Source: an uncultured Chlamydiae bacterium (GTDB lineage: Bacteria; Chlamydiota; Chlamydiia; Chlamydiales; Parachlamydiaceae). From it: 64,000 nt of DNA. The first letter of the stretch is position 1. Every line of letters begins with the position of its first letter. The stretch spans positions 1-64,000 of the forward strand of contig CAWHMU010000027.1 of assembly GCA_963830365.1 (NCBI GenBank), given 5' to 3'. Position numbers and translations under genes: made by a program. Positions 51,835-62,503 of the stretch are shown one piece after another. The notes beneath the pieces were generated by a model, which saw only the letters and a list, made by a program, of their open reading frames with translations, was not told the origin of the DNA and searched no databases.

Positions 51835-52032
51835 TCAGCAGAGCGTCTCGACGGCATTGCTCTCTATCAGGATAGAGGAAACAAGCTCTCTATCGTGATC
51901 TGTGACAAATTCCGTAGGCTCCAAAGAAAACTGCCTGCCGCAATCAAGACAACGATGGTTTTGCTTGCCGTGGCGAGTGTACCCATTCCTCTTAAAGGCC
52001 ATTGAATTGCATTGAGGACAAGATAAACTCAT
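51835..52032 (-). CDS. IS1 InsA-type zinc-ribbon protein (orphan)
   Basis: CPQC...KRNG...GKQNHRCLDCGRQF. Confidence 0.7.
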   Translation of the reverse strand: MSLSCPQCNSMAFKRNGYTRHGKQNHRCLDCGRQFSLEPTEFVTDHDRELVSSILIESNAVETLC

Positions 52033-52472
52033 AGCTCTTTTTCAACCTCTTCTATCAATAAAAATTATGCCATAGCGTATAACGAAATTTTACATAGACA
52101 ACAAGAAAAAATTGATACCAGCATGCAGAAATACTCCAGAAGCCCTTAGTCAGACGACAAGCGATTCCCTAACACACACTAGTAAAATAACCCCCTACAC
52201 ACTTAAGTAGATGGCTATCTTGTCATTTTATCAACTCTTTATTAACATTATTAAGATCACAGCTTTTGCGCCATCGCCCTTAAAAATTCCGGATCTAAAT
52301 AGACGCTTAAGCGCCAGCACAGACGTAACTTATTGATTTTGATGCATTAACGAATAAACAAACCTATCGACAGTCATGTTGAATTACATTCTAACAACTG
52401 ACTGTCAGCGTCTTATACAAATAAACCACACCCTTTAGCAATGGACGTCTTGGCATATCATTGTATTTACTT

Positions 52473-52767
52473 ACCAGGTTGTGAATTCGATTCCACACAA
52501 AGAGCGCCAAGAACGCAAAGAAAGGCCATTTACCGCCGAGGCACAGAGGCATAGAGAAACAAACAGCAAAATAGCCAATAAACAGGGTGGCAACTGTGAA
52601 TGAATCACACTCCAATTACACATTGACAGCGTCAATATGAGGCATGCCCCTCAGATTGCCTAAGCAATCCGAGGGATAGATAATTGTCCCGGACGACGCT
52701 TTATTCCATCCAACCTGTGCCGTTTGTTCCTTGGCCGCTTTGCGTCGAATCGAATTCACAGCCTGGT
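52473..52767. repeat. Mosaic palindromic repeat with terminal inverted arms
   Basis: ACCAGGTTGTGAATTCGATTC ... GAATCGAATTCACAGCCTGGT enclosing CACAGAG and GATTGCCTAAGCAATC modules. Confidence 0.78.
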
Positions 52768-52870
52768 GCCTAAGTACAGCGCCTCGCCATTGAAACGCGC
52801 TTGCAGTTTAACGGGCGGCATGCCATAAATCTAAACCATACTTTATGCAATAATCTTCAAGGAAGAATCA

Positions 52871-54853
52871 ATGCCGCAAGATAACCAAGCGATGATGCAC
52901 CTGCTCAATGAGGAGCGCAAGTTTTTACCACCCAAAGCCCTCAGCGACAATGCCCGTGTGAAAAATCTGGCGGAATATGATGTGCTATACCGCCGTTCAA
53001 TAGACTGTGGAGATGCTTTTTGGCTGGAACAAGCCGCTACCCTGGAGTGGTTCCGTCCGCCAACAATGGCCTGCCGCTACGTTTGGGATAGCGCCAACCG
53101 CCATATCGCACACACGTGGTTTGAAGACGGGGAAATCAATGTGAGCCATAACTGCCTCGACCGCCATCTGCATGGAGCACAAAGCACCAAGACGGCTATC
53201 CTATGGCAGGGAGATGACGACAGCGAAGTACGCGCATTAAGCTATGCCGAGCTGCACGCCTTGGTGTGCCGTTTTGCCAATGTCTTGAAGAAACAGGGCG
53301 TAGTGAAGGGCGACCGCGTCTGCCTGTACCTGCCCACGCTGCCGGAGGCCGCCGTAGCCATGCTGGCATGTGCGCGCATTGGCGCCATCCATTCCGTCGT
53401 CTTTGCCGGCTTCAGCGCCGAATCCCTGGCACACCGCATCCAGGATGCCACCTGCAAGGTACTGATTACAGCCAACGTCTCCGTCAGGGGCGGCAAAACT
53501 ATTTCATTAAAAGAGATCGCCGACCAGGCGCTTGCGCAGTGCCCATCGATAAAGACTACCATTGTCCTCCAGCGCACTGCCGCTGCCTGCTCTATGCAGC
53601 CGGGACGCGACATATGGTACCACGAGGCTATGCAGGCAGTAGCCCCCGACTGCCCGGCGGAAGTGCTGGCTGCCGAAGACCCGCTGTTCATCCTATACAC
53701 CTCGGGATCAACCGGCAAGCCCAAGGGCGTGGTCCACAGCCAGGCCGGCTATCTGCTGCATGCCGCGCTGTCGCATAAGTATGTGTTTGACCTCAGGGAT
53801 GATGATATCTATTGGTGTACTGCCGATATCGGCTGGATCACAGGGCATAGCTACGGCATCTACGGCCCCTTGGCCAATGGAGCCACGACATTGCTTTTTG
53901 AAGGCACCCCCACCTACCCCGATGCTGGGCGCTTTTGGCAGATCATCGAAAAGTTTCGCGTCACCATCTTTTACACAGCGCCTACGGCCATCCGCGCGCT
54001 GATAGCCAAGGGTCAGAATTTCCCCGCTCAATATGACCTAAGTTCGTTGCGCATTTTGGGCACTGTCGGCGAGCCCATCAATCCCGAAACCTGGATGTGG
54101 TACTACGAGACCATCGGCAAAGCGCAATGCCCGATTGTCGACACCTGGTGGCAAACAGAGACTGGCGGCATCATGATTGCCCCGTTGCCGGGCAGCCACC
54201 CCCTCAAACCGGGCAGCGCCACCCGCCCCTTCTTCGGCGTCGATCCACTGGTGCTGCACGATAACAGCATCCCTTGCGCTCCCAATGAAGGTGGATGCCT
54301 ATGCATCAAGCGCCCTTGGCCAGGCATGATGCGTACCACCTGGGGCGACCACCAACGCTTCATCGACACCTATTTCACTACCTTCAACAACATGTATTTC
54401 ACCGGCGATGGCTGCCGGGTGGATGCTGATGGCGACTACTGGCTGATGGGCCGCATCGATGATGTCGTCAACGTCTCAGGGCACCGCATCGGCACAGCCG
54501 AAGTCGAGAGCGCCCTAGTCAGCCATCCAAAAGTTGCCGAAGCGGCCGTTGTGCCGATGCCGCATGACATCAAAGGACAGGGATTGATCGCCTATATCAC
54601 CCTTGTCGGCGATGCCCGCCCTGAAGAGAGCTTGCGGCAGGAGCTTAAAGATCATGTGAGATGCGAAATTGGACCCTTGGCGGTCCCTGACAAACTGCGC
54701 TTCACACCAATGCTGCCAAAAACGCGTTCCGGCAAGATCATGCGGCGCCTGCTGCGCAAGCTGGCAGCCAACCAAGGCGATGACATCGGCGATACCAGCA
54801 CGCTGGCCGATCCCGATACCCTTAGGGCGCTGATGCTCGAGGAAGAGGATTAA
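52871..54853 (+). CDS. acs: Acetate--CoA ligase
   Basis: YTSGSTGKPKG, DTWWQTETGG, SGHRIGTAEVES, PKTRSGKIMRR. Confidence 0.97.
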   Translation: MPQDNQAMMHLLNEERKFLPPKALSDNARVKNLAEYDVLYRRSIDCGDAFWLEQAATLEWFRPPTMACRYVWDSANRHIAHTWFEDGEINVSHNCLDRHLHGAQSTKTAILWQGDDDSEVRALSYAELHALVCRFANVLKKQGVVKGDRVCLYLPTLPEAAVAMLACARIGAIHSVVFAGFSAESLAHRIQDATCKVLITANVSVRGGKTISLKEIADQALAQCPSIKTTIVLQRTAAACSMQPGRDIWYHEAMQAVAPDCPAEVLAAEDPLFILYTSGSTGKPKGVVHSQAGYLLHAALSHKYVFDLRDDDIYWCTADIGWITGHSYGIYGPLANGATTLLFEGTPTYPDAGRFWQIIEKFRVTIFYTAPTAIRALIAKGQNFPAQYDLSSLRILGTVGEPINPETWMWYYETIGKAQCPIVDTWWQTETGGIMIAPLPGSHPLKPGSATRPFFGVDPLVLHDNSIPCAPNEGGCLCIKRPWPGMMRTTWGDHQRFIDTYFTTFNNMYFTGDGCRVDADGDYWLMGRIDDVVNVSGHRIGTAEVESALVSHPKVAEAAVVPMPHDIKGQGLIAYITLVGDARPEESLRQELKDHVRCEIGPLAVPDKLRFTPMLPKTRSGKIMRRLLRKLAANQGDDIGDTSTLADPDTLRALMLEEED

Positions 54854-54870
54854 AAGCAAAGAGGATTAGC

Positions 54871-55998
54871 ATGCCTGACACCCTATCCTTCGATGAAGCC
54901 ATGATGCAGCGCGCCCTGGTCCTTTCCATGCAGGGACGGGTGACAGCCCCGCCAAATCCATGGGTGGGCTGCGTCATCGTCAAAGGCCAAACCATCGTCG
55001 GCGAAGGCTTCCATTACGCCGCCGGACAGCCTCATGCTGAAATCAACGCCCTGCAGCAGGCTAAAGACAAAACCCATGGCGCAACGGCCTATGTCACCCT
55101 GGAACCCTGCGCCCACACCGGCCGCACGCCCCCCTGCACCCAGGCCCTGATCAATGCCAAAATTGGCAAAGTCGTCATCGCCGTGCAAGACCCCGATATC
55201 AAAGTGAGCGGAAAAGGCATCGCACAGCTGCGCCAAGCCGGCATCGAAGTCGTGCTGGACGTCTGCAAAGCGGCCGTCGCCAACTCTTTAGCCCCCTATC
55301 TCCACCAGCGGCGCACCGGCCACCCGTTCTGCGTGGCCAAAGCCGCCATCAGCGTCGATGGCAGGATTGCCGCGCGCGATGGCAGCTCGCAATGGATCAG
55401 CGGCAAAGAAGCCTGCCTGGATGCCCATCACCTGCGCGCGGAATGCCAGGCGATTATGGTGGGCGCCGGCACGGCGCGTATCGACCGGCCGGCACTCACC
55501 GTGCGGCAGGTAGCCGTCAGCCCCATGCAGCCGCCTTTACGCATCGTTTTAGACGCCAAAGGCTGCCTGCCGCCAGAGGGCGCCCTTTTCGATACCGCTG
55601 CCGCGCCGACACTGATCATCACCACGCCTGGCTGCTTGCCGCAAATCCAAGACGCCTGGCGCCAAAAGCGGGTGGAAGTCGCCGTAGTCGCCGCCGCCGA
55701 AAATGCTTTGGGTGTCGACCTCGGCCAAGTATTGGATCTGCTGGGAAGCCGGGGCATCTTGCAGCTGCTGATTGAAGGCGGCAGTAGCCTGCTGGGGTCG
55801 TTCCTCAAAGCCCGGCTGCTGCAGCAGCTGCGCCTTTATGTCGGACCGCGCGTGTTAGGCAGCAGCGGCATCCCCTTGTTTGGCGACGATTCGATCACCA
55901 CCCTAAACGAAGCCCCGCAGCTGGATTTGCTGGCCTCGCGAATCTTTGGAAATACAGTACGCATAGACTATGGAGTGCATGATGCATATTTACTTTGA
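54871..55998 (+). CDS. ribD: Bifunctional riboflavin deaminase/reductase RibD
   Basis: PNPWVGC, HAE, TLEPCAHTGRTPPC, SQWIS, IEGGS. Confidence 0.96.
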   Translation: MPDTLSFDEAMMQRALVLSMQGRVTAPPNPWVGCVIVKGQTIVGEGFHYAAGQPHAEINALQQAKDKTHGATAYVTLEPCAHTGRTPPCTQALINAKIGKVVIAVQDPDIKVSGKGIAQLRQAGIEVVLDVCKAAVANSLAPYLHQRRTGHPFCVAKAAISVDGRIAARDGSSQWISGKEACLDAHHLRAECQAIMVGAGTARIDRPALTVRQVAVSPMQPPLRIVLDAKGCLPPEGALFDTAAAPTLIITTPGCLPQIQDAWRQKRVEVAVVAAAENALGVDLGQVLDLLGSRGILQLLIEGGSSLLGSFLKARLLQQLRLYVGPRVLGSSGIPLFGDDSITTLNEAPQLDLLASRIFGNTVRIDYGVHDAYLL

Positions 55999-57187
55999 AG
56001 CGCCTGAACTGGATGGACAGCTGCTAAGGGCGCTGTCTTATACCTATTATCAGGGAGCTGATATCGGCGAGTGCCTGGCGACGGCGGCGCAGATTAAAGC
56101 CAAAGATTTCGACAGTTGGTATGAAGAGTGGATGAAAACGGCCGAACGCACCTATCTGCAAGCCGAAAGTTCGCGCCTGGCCGACTGTGAAATCAGCGCC
56201 CGGCAGGGTTTCTTGCGCGCCGCCAACTATTACCGCACGGCCATGTTTTTCTTATATGGCGCCCCCGTAGATCCACGCCTGGTTGAAGCCTATGATAAAC
56301 ACTGCGTAGCTTTCGCCCAGGCCGTCGCCCTCTTTCCAACGCCTGTGGAAGCTATGTCTATACCGTATGAAACAACGGCCCTCCCCGGCTATTTCTATAA
56401 GTCCGACATCTCCAATTCGCCACGTCCTGTCGTCATCGTCAGCAATGGCTACGACGGCACACACCAGGAAGGCTATTTCGGCGCCGCCGCCGCCGCTTTG
56501 GAAAGAGGCTATCATGTGCTTTGTTTTGACGGACCCGGCCAGGGCAAAATGCTGATCAAGCAGCAGCACTACATGCGGCACGACTGGGAAAAGGTCATCA
56601 CACCGGTGGTGGACTACCTGCTGACGCGCACCGATGTCGATCCTAAAGGCATCGTATTGTTAGGACCCAGCTGGGGAGGATACCTGGCGCCGCGGGCGGC
56701 AGCTTTCGAACCGCGCCTGGCAGCACTGATTGCCAATCCTGGCCAATTTGATGCCATGGAATGTGTCAATAAGGCCTTTCCCCAAGTCAACGAATTGCTG
56801 GATCATGATCCCGAGCATGTGCTGGAGAAGTTTTTGGCACAGGCCTTGCAAAACCCTATGCTCGCCGCCAAAATGAAAGCCAAGATGTGGATCCATGGCG
56901 TCGATTCGACTATAGAACTCATGCGCTTATGGAAAAATTACAACCTGCGCACTGTCGCCCAGCAGATCAGCTGCCCGACACTTGTGATGGATACAGAAAA
57001 TGAGCCGTTGAGTATGGGTCAGGCCAAACAACTTTTTGACGCTCTCACCTGCCCGAAAGAATATGTGCTGTTTACCGCCAAAGAAGGTGCCGGCGAGCAC
57101 TGCGAGGCCGGTGCTTATTCCCTGGCCCATCAGTGCCTTTTCGATTGGCTGCACAAAACCCTAATGTTGAATAAAAACGCCACCTGA
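55979..57187 (+). CDS. Alpha/beta hydrolase (dihydroxypseudooxynicotine-hydrolase-like family)
   Basis: NGYDG, FDGPGQG, GPSWGG nucleophile elbow, EGAGEHC. Confidence 0.88.
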   Translation: MMHIYFEAPELDGQLLRALSYTYYQGADIGECLATAAQIKAKDFDSWYEEWMKTAERTYLQAESSRLADCEISARQGFLRAANYYRTAMFFLYGAPVDPRLVEAYDKHCVAFAQAVALFPTPVEAMSIPYETTALPGYFYKSDISNSPRPVVIVSNGYDGTHQEGYFGAAAAALERGYHVLCFDGPGQGKMLIKQQHYMRHDWEKVITPVVDYLLTRTDVDPKGIVLLGPSWGGYLAPRAAAFEPRLAALIANPGQFDAMECVNKAFPQVNELLDHDPEHVLEKFLAQALQNPMLAAKMKAKMWIHGVDSTIELMRLWKNYNLRTVAQQISCPTLVMDTENEPLSMGQAKQLFDALTCPKEYVLFTAKEGAGEHCEAGAYSLAHQCLFDWLHKTLMLNKNAT

Positions 57188-57211
57188 TGAGCACAGCAAA
57201 ACAAACAGGGT

Positions 57212-57593
57212 ATTCACCACCGAGGCACAGAGACACAAAGAAACCAGCCCCAAAACAGCCAATAACAGGATGGCAGAATAGACATTTGCGGCAAGTGCGA
57301 ATGGATCAGATTCCAATCACATTGACAGCGCCATGGCTAGGCAATCCGAGGGATAGATAATGGTCCCGGACGAGGCTTTGTTCCATCCGACTGTGCTGCT
57401 TGTTCCTTTTCGGCTTTGCGTTGAATCGAACACACACCGTTAAGCATAGACAATGATACACTTCTACTTTGTTTATCCTGCCATCCTGTTATTGGCTGTT
57501 TTGCTGTTTGTTTCTCTGTGTCTCGGTGCCTCTGTGGTGAATGGCCTTTCTTTTCGGCTTTGCGCTCTTTGCGTTGAATCGGATTCACAACCT
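57212..57593. repeat. Mosaic palindromic intergenic repeat
   Basis: TTCACCACCGAGGCACAGAGACAC / GTGTCTCGGTGCCTCTGTGGTGAA arms; ACAGCCAATAACAGGATGGCAG arms; half core GCAATCCGAGGGATAGATAA. Confidence 0.78.
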
Positions 57594-57658
57594 ATTAAGC
57601 ACAGACAATAAATACACTTATACTAGTCATATCCTGTCTACCTGCTATGTGAATCTGT

Positions 57659-57853
57659 TTAAAGATTATGCTCCAACGCTTGGGGATCTTCTAAACCTGC
57701 TGCCTCATCCTCCATGTCATCCTCGATTTCAGCTGCATGCATGGCGGCACAGTGTGTAATAGGGAAGAAATAGCGTTGCACGCCGAGCGCCAAAAGACCG
57801 GCCAAGATGCCGCCTAAAAAACAGTAAGCGGCTGAAACAAAATCGATATCCAT
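57659..57853 (-). CDS. Small hypothetical membrane protein
   Basis: One TM helix plus acidic tail; AGAGGG before MDIDF. Confidence 0.5.
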   Translation of the reverse strand: MDIDFVSAAYCFLGGILAGLLALGVQRYFFPITHCAAMHAAEIEDDMEDEAAGLEDPQALEHNL

Positions 57854-57918
57854 AAGACCCTCTTTTAAATTAAAAAGGTAATAATACACCGATTAATTTA
57901 AAATTTCCACAGATAAAT

Positions 57919-59570
57919 TCAGCGGCTTAATTGCAACTTATTCACGGCTGCGATCATTTCGGAAATGTCGGTGATAGGCTTATTGCAAACACCGCTCTTA
58001 TCGCAAAGATACAGCGTCGTCAGTCCGTTGATAGGCGCCTGCTTGGTTGAAAAAGGCGCCACCGTGGCAAGCATCCCATCATCAGGCTGCCGCCAGATGA
58101 TGGCGCGATGCGGAATGAAGGTGTGGTAAAACAGCTTCATTATCTCCTCTTTGTGTTGACCTTCGGCATTCAACGCCACCACCGCCGTGACGGCATGTTG
58201 ATCATAATACCGGATCAGATTGAGCATATGATAACAATAGGCCGGTGAATAATTTTCTATATATTTTTGCACGGCTTTGAGAATATCTTCGGCCTGCTCC
58301 AAATAGCTTTTCTCATAGGTCATCTGGTATAAACGCAGCAAATTCTCGCAATGGATGGCATTGCCCGACGGCTCTGCGCCATCGGAAAAATGACATTTCC
58401 GCAAGATGATATGCGGATCACGCCCATCGGTCTGATAAATGTCCCCTTATCCGCCTTAAACTGGGTATGCAAAATCTCCGTCATCTCAACTGCCCATGCC
58501 AGCCACACTGTCCCTTGGCCAGCTTCAAACAGGCTGATCAATCCCCGTATCAGAAAGGCATAATCTTCCAGCCCGGCCGAATATAAAGCTTCACCTTCGC
58601 GCCAGCGCCTGAGCAGGCGCCCATCGCGCCACATATGTTGTTTGATGAAGCCCGCTGCACGCACCGCGGCATTAAGATAGGTCTTGTCATCAAGGGCTGC
58701 CCCAGCTTCTGCCAGACTGAAAATCATCAGACCATTCCATGAGCTTAGCACTTTATCATCTTTAAAGGGATGGGTCCGCCTTTCCCTTACCTTCCACAAA
58801 ATCTGGCGCTGCAAGGCAAAAAGAGTTTCCAACTCAGCCAGTGCCATGCTTTTCTGCTGAGCGAACTCCTCTAAGCGCGTTGGCGTATGCAGAATATTGC
58901 GCCCGTCAAAGTTACCTTGCGGCGTTACATGATAAAATTCGCAAAACAGGGCCGATTCCTTTTCACCTAAGACATTGCGGATTTCATCAAAGGTCCAGGT
59001 ATAAAAATAACCTTCGTGTCCTTCGGAATCGGCATCTTCGGCGGAATAAAAACCCCCTTCCGGATGCGTCATATCGCGGAGGATGTAATTTAAAATATCG
59101 CTGCAAACAGTGCGATAGAAGCCGCGCTGTGTCACCTGCCACGCTTCCAAATAGCTGTAGGCTAGCAAGGCGTTGTCATAAAGCATCTTTTCAAAGTGGG
59201 GCACGAGCCAGCGCTCATCGACAGAATAGCGGGAAAACCCCCCACCCAAATGATCAAAGATTCCGCCGCGCTGCATCATATCCAGTGTACGCTCGGCCAG
59301 AAAAAGGGAACGGCTATCCTCTGTCATCGAAGCGTAATGCAGCATGAAATTCCATTGATAGCCTATCGGAAACTTCGGCACGCCTTTGATTCCGCCATAG
59401 ACCGGATCTGCCATTCTAAAGAGCATCTCGGCAGCATCTTCCACCTCTTCTTTAACGGAAATGCTATCGCCGCGCAGATGGATATTCTGAGAAAAAGCTT
59501 CCACGATATGCTCGGCTTGCTCAACAACGCGCTCGCGGTCTTCACCGGCCCAGACCTCGCGGATACGAAG
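57919..59570 (-). pseudogene. YyaL/Ssp411 (DUF255) thioredoxin-domain protein, frameshifted near 58438 and 5'-truncated
   Basis: PKFP, GGFSRYSVDERWLVPHFEKMLYDNA, SAEDADSEG, DDKVLSSWNGL; continues DGAEPSGN in another frame; N-terminal thioredoxin part absent. Confidence 0.88.
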
Positions 59571-59673
59571 CCTTTTTGGAGTCAATGAAGAACCGCAAAA
59601 AACAAAAACAGCGCGCGGCGGGCTAATCCAAAAAAACTAATCAGGCCGTTATACCGGCGCAAGAGGAAATTAA

Positions 59674-60487
59674 ATGAAATATTTTGCTGGCATCGATGTA
59701 GGTTCGACCGCGATCAAAGTGGCAGTGGTGAATGAAGCCGGGGATATTGCAGGCGTGCATGTCACCGCGTCAGGCAGCTTGTTTCATAAGAACTCATTAG
59801 AGGCGCTTAACACGCTGCTGTAAGTTGGGACTCAAGCGAGAAGATGTGCGCTACCTCATTGCCACCGGGTACGGTCGCAAGTTGTTCAAAGAGGCGGACG
59901 ATTCCATCAGCGAGATCACCGCCAATGCCATCGGTGCATTCGAAGCGGGCAAGGCATTTGGCGGTGTGCGCACCATCATCAATATCGGCGGGCAGGACTC
60001 CAAAGCCATTCAGATTGACGACACGGGAAACGTCGTCAACTTTGCCATGAACGATAAATGTGCGGCAGGGACGGGACGTTTTTTGGATGTGGCGGCGCGC
60101 AATCTGGATTTGGATTTGGAAGACCTCGGTGAGTATCACTTCAAGTCCGAAGTCGCACCGCTCAACATCAACAGCACCTGCACCGTGTTCGCGGAATCTG
60201 AAATCATCGGCCTGCTGGCGAATGGTCACGGCAAGGCAGAAATCATTGCGGGTATCCATTATTCCATTGCGTCGCGCACGGTACGGCTGGCCAAGCGTGT
60301 GGGGCTGGAAGATCGTGTGTATTTCGATGGTGGCCCTGCGCTGAACAAAGGGTTGGTCGCGGCCTTGCAAGATGAATTGGGACGCGAGTTGGTCATTCCC
60401 GAGCATCCACAAACCACTACTGCATTCGGCGCGGCCATATTGGCGCGCAATGAATTTGAGGCGGAGCAAAGTTTGGTGACCGCGTGA
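59674..60487 (+). pseudogene. Acyl-CoA dehydratase activase (BcrAD/BadFG, HgdC/YjiL-like), frameshift near 59821
   Basis: MKYFAGIDVGST; ATGYGR; IGGQDSK; MNDKCAAGTGRFL; CTVFAESE. Confidence 0.88.
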
Positions 60488-61179
60488 TTGATGTGAACAT
60501 GGTGGTGGGCTTGCCCATGGCCGCCGCCTTGGGCTTTGCTTATGGTATGGGGCCGTGTCTCATCAGTTGCGCGCCGTTCTTGGGCCCTGTGTTTCTCGCC
60601 AGCGACGGCGGTATCCGCCAATCATGGAAAATCATCCTGCCTTTATCCTTGGGGCGTCTGACGGCGTATATCTCGTTCGGCGGGGTGGTTGGCGGCTTTG
60701 GTCATTACGTCAAAGGTGTGGCGATGAGTACCGACATCAATTTGGTCATCGGTGCATCCGTGCTGTTGATGGGGTTGGCACTGCTGCTACGCAAGCCAGA
60801 AACGCATTGCAGTAACGCGGTCTCAGTAGAATCTGCCGCCACCGAAAAACCGATTCAAATCGTGCGTTCGCACAAGGTGAGAACCTTGCTTCCCGGTGGT
60901 CTATTCCTGATGGGCATCGGCATGGCATTGAGTCCGTGCGCGCCGTTGGGCATCGTGCTGTTCTCGGCGGCAATGGCGGGGCATGTGTTGGACGGCATGT
61001 TATTGGGACTGTGTTTCGGGTTGGGGGCTATCGTTATTCCCGCGTTATTTTACGGCATCGGCATCGCCTATCTAGGGACGCGGCTGCGCGAGCAGTTGAA
61101 TACATGGCGACCCGCCATCGAGCGTTTGAGTGCGGTGCTGTTGGTGGTCGTGGGTATCAGTAATTTGGCAAGGTGGTAG
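60484..61179 (+). CDS. DsbD_2 / TauE-SafE-like multi-pass membrane protein
   Basis: GPCLISCAP, LGRLTAY, LSPCAPL, FGLG motifs. Confidence 0.75.
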   Translation: MIDVNMVVGLPMAAALGFAYGMGPCLISCAPFLGPVFLASDGGIRQSWKIILPLSLGRLTAYISFGGVVGGFGHYVKGVAMSTDINLVIGASVLLMGLALLLRKPETHCSNAVSVESAATEKPIQIVRSHKVRTLLPGGLFLMGIGMALSPCAPLGIVLFSAAMAGHVLDGMLLGLCFGLGAIVIPALFYGIGIAYLGTRLREQLNTWRPAIERLSAVLLVVVGISNLARW

Positions 61180-61258
61180 TGGGTGCGACGATATGACGCA
61201 GGGGATTTGATTTCGTCTTTGTCATAATTCGTCGGTCATTTATTTTGTGGAGGTTGAT

Positions 61259-62486
61259 ATGCGTCAGGCAATCGTTTGGTTACATCGTTGGGTGGGTTTG
61301 GCCACCTTGTTGTTCATCGCGGTCGCGGCCATTACGGGCGTGATCATCGCGTTCGACAAAGAACTCGACCACACTTTGAACAGAGACTTGTTCTACGTTG
61401 AAGCCGCAGGTCAGCGCATGGCGATGGATGAGTTGGTGAAGCGCGCCGAATCGGTGTACGAAGGCAAGCGTGTGACCTTTGTGCGTAGTCCTGTCGAGGC
61501 GGACCGTGCCTATGAATTTTACTTGCGCACGCCCAATGCCCAAGGTGCGGAAGAAGCCAGTTTTTTCAAGGCTACCAATAAATATCACACTGTCTATATC
61601 AATCCCTACACGGGCGTGGTTTTGGGGGCGCGCGTGAATGGCGAGTTTGGTGTGGATAGGCGCGCATCTCATTCCAATGTTGGTCAAACTGCATTACACC
61701 TGGTATCTGGGCGATTTCGGCAAGTGGCTGATCGGTATCGCAGCTTTGCTGTGGTTGCTAGATCATTTTGGTGCGGTGTATTTGTCTTTCCCCAATCTGA
61801 AGAGTTGGAAAAAATCTTTCGCGTTTCGTTGGAATGCGGGAGGGCATAAATTGAATTTCGATATGCACCGATCGGGCAGTATGTGGATATTGCCAGTGCT
61901 GATCGCTTTGGCCTTGTCGAGCGTATATTTGAATCTGAACGATCAATTCAAATGGGTGGTGAATAAATTCTCTCCTTTGACAACCGTGGAGTGCTCTTGC
62001 CATGTTGACCCCAATGCTAAGTGGTTGGCCGATACCGCATCATGGGATGGTGCCATCAAATTGGCGCAACAAACCAAGCCGGACATGGTGGTGGGCGGCA
62101 TGACCTTCTTGCCTGATACGCGCAAGTTTATTGTGTCGATGAAGAGCTCGGAAGATCTAACTGCCGAAGTGGGCATGACGAAAGTGTATGTGAATGCCAT
62201 CACGGGTGAGTTGATGCACGTACATGATCGCAGTGCGGAGACTGCAGGCGACACCTTCAATGCTTGGCAGTTGCCACTGCATAGTGGGCGCGTGTTCGGC
62301 ATCATCGGGCAAATCATCATTCTGCTAAGCGGTATCGTGATTACGATCATTTGCGTGACGGGTTTCTTGATTTACCTGAAGAAAGCGAAAGCGAGAGACT
62401 CTAAAGATGCACAGGCATCCACTGTCATTGGGCAACGCAAACGTGAAGAAATCGTTTTTAACAAGACTCGTGATGTGAATCCATAA
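61259..62486 (+). pseudogene. PepSY-associated TM-helix protein, frameshift near 61660
   Basis: LHRWVGL, INPYTG, KLH, DMHRSG, LHSG, TGFLIY motifs spread over two frames. Confidence 0.88.
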
Positions 62487-62503
62487 TTCAGGATAGGAAT
62501 GTA

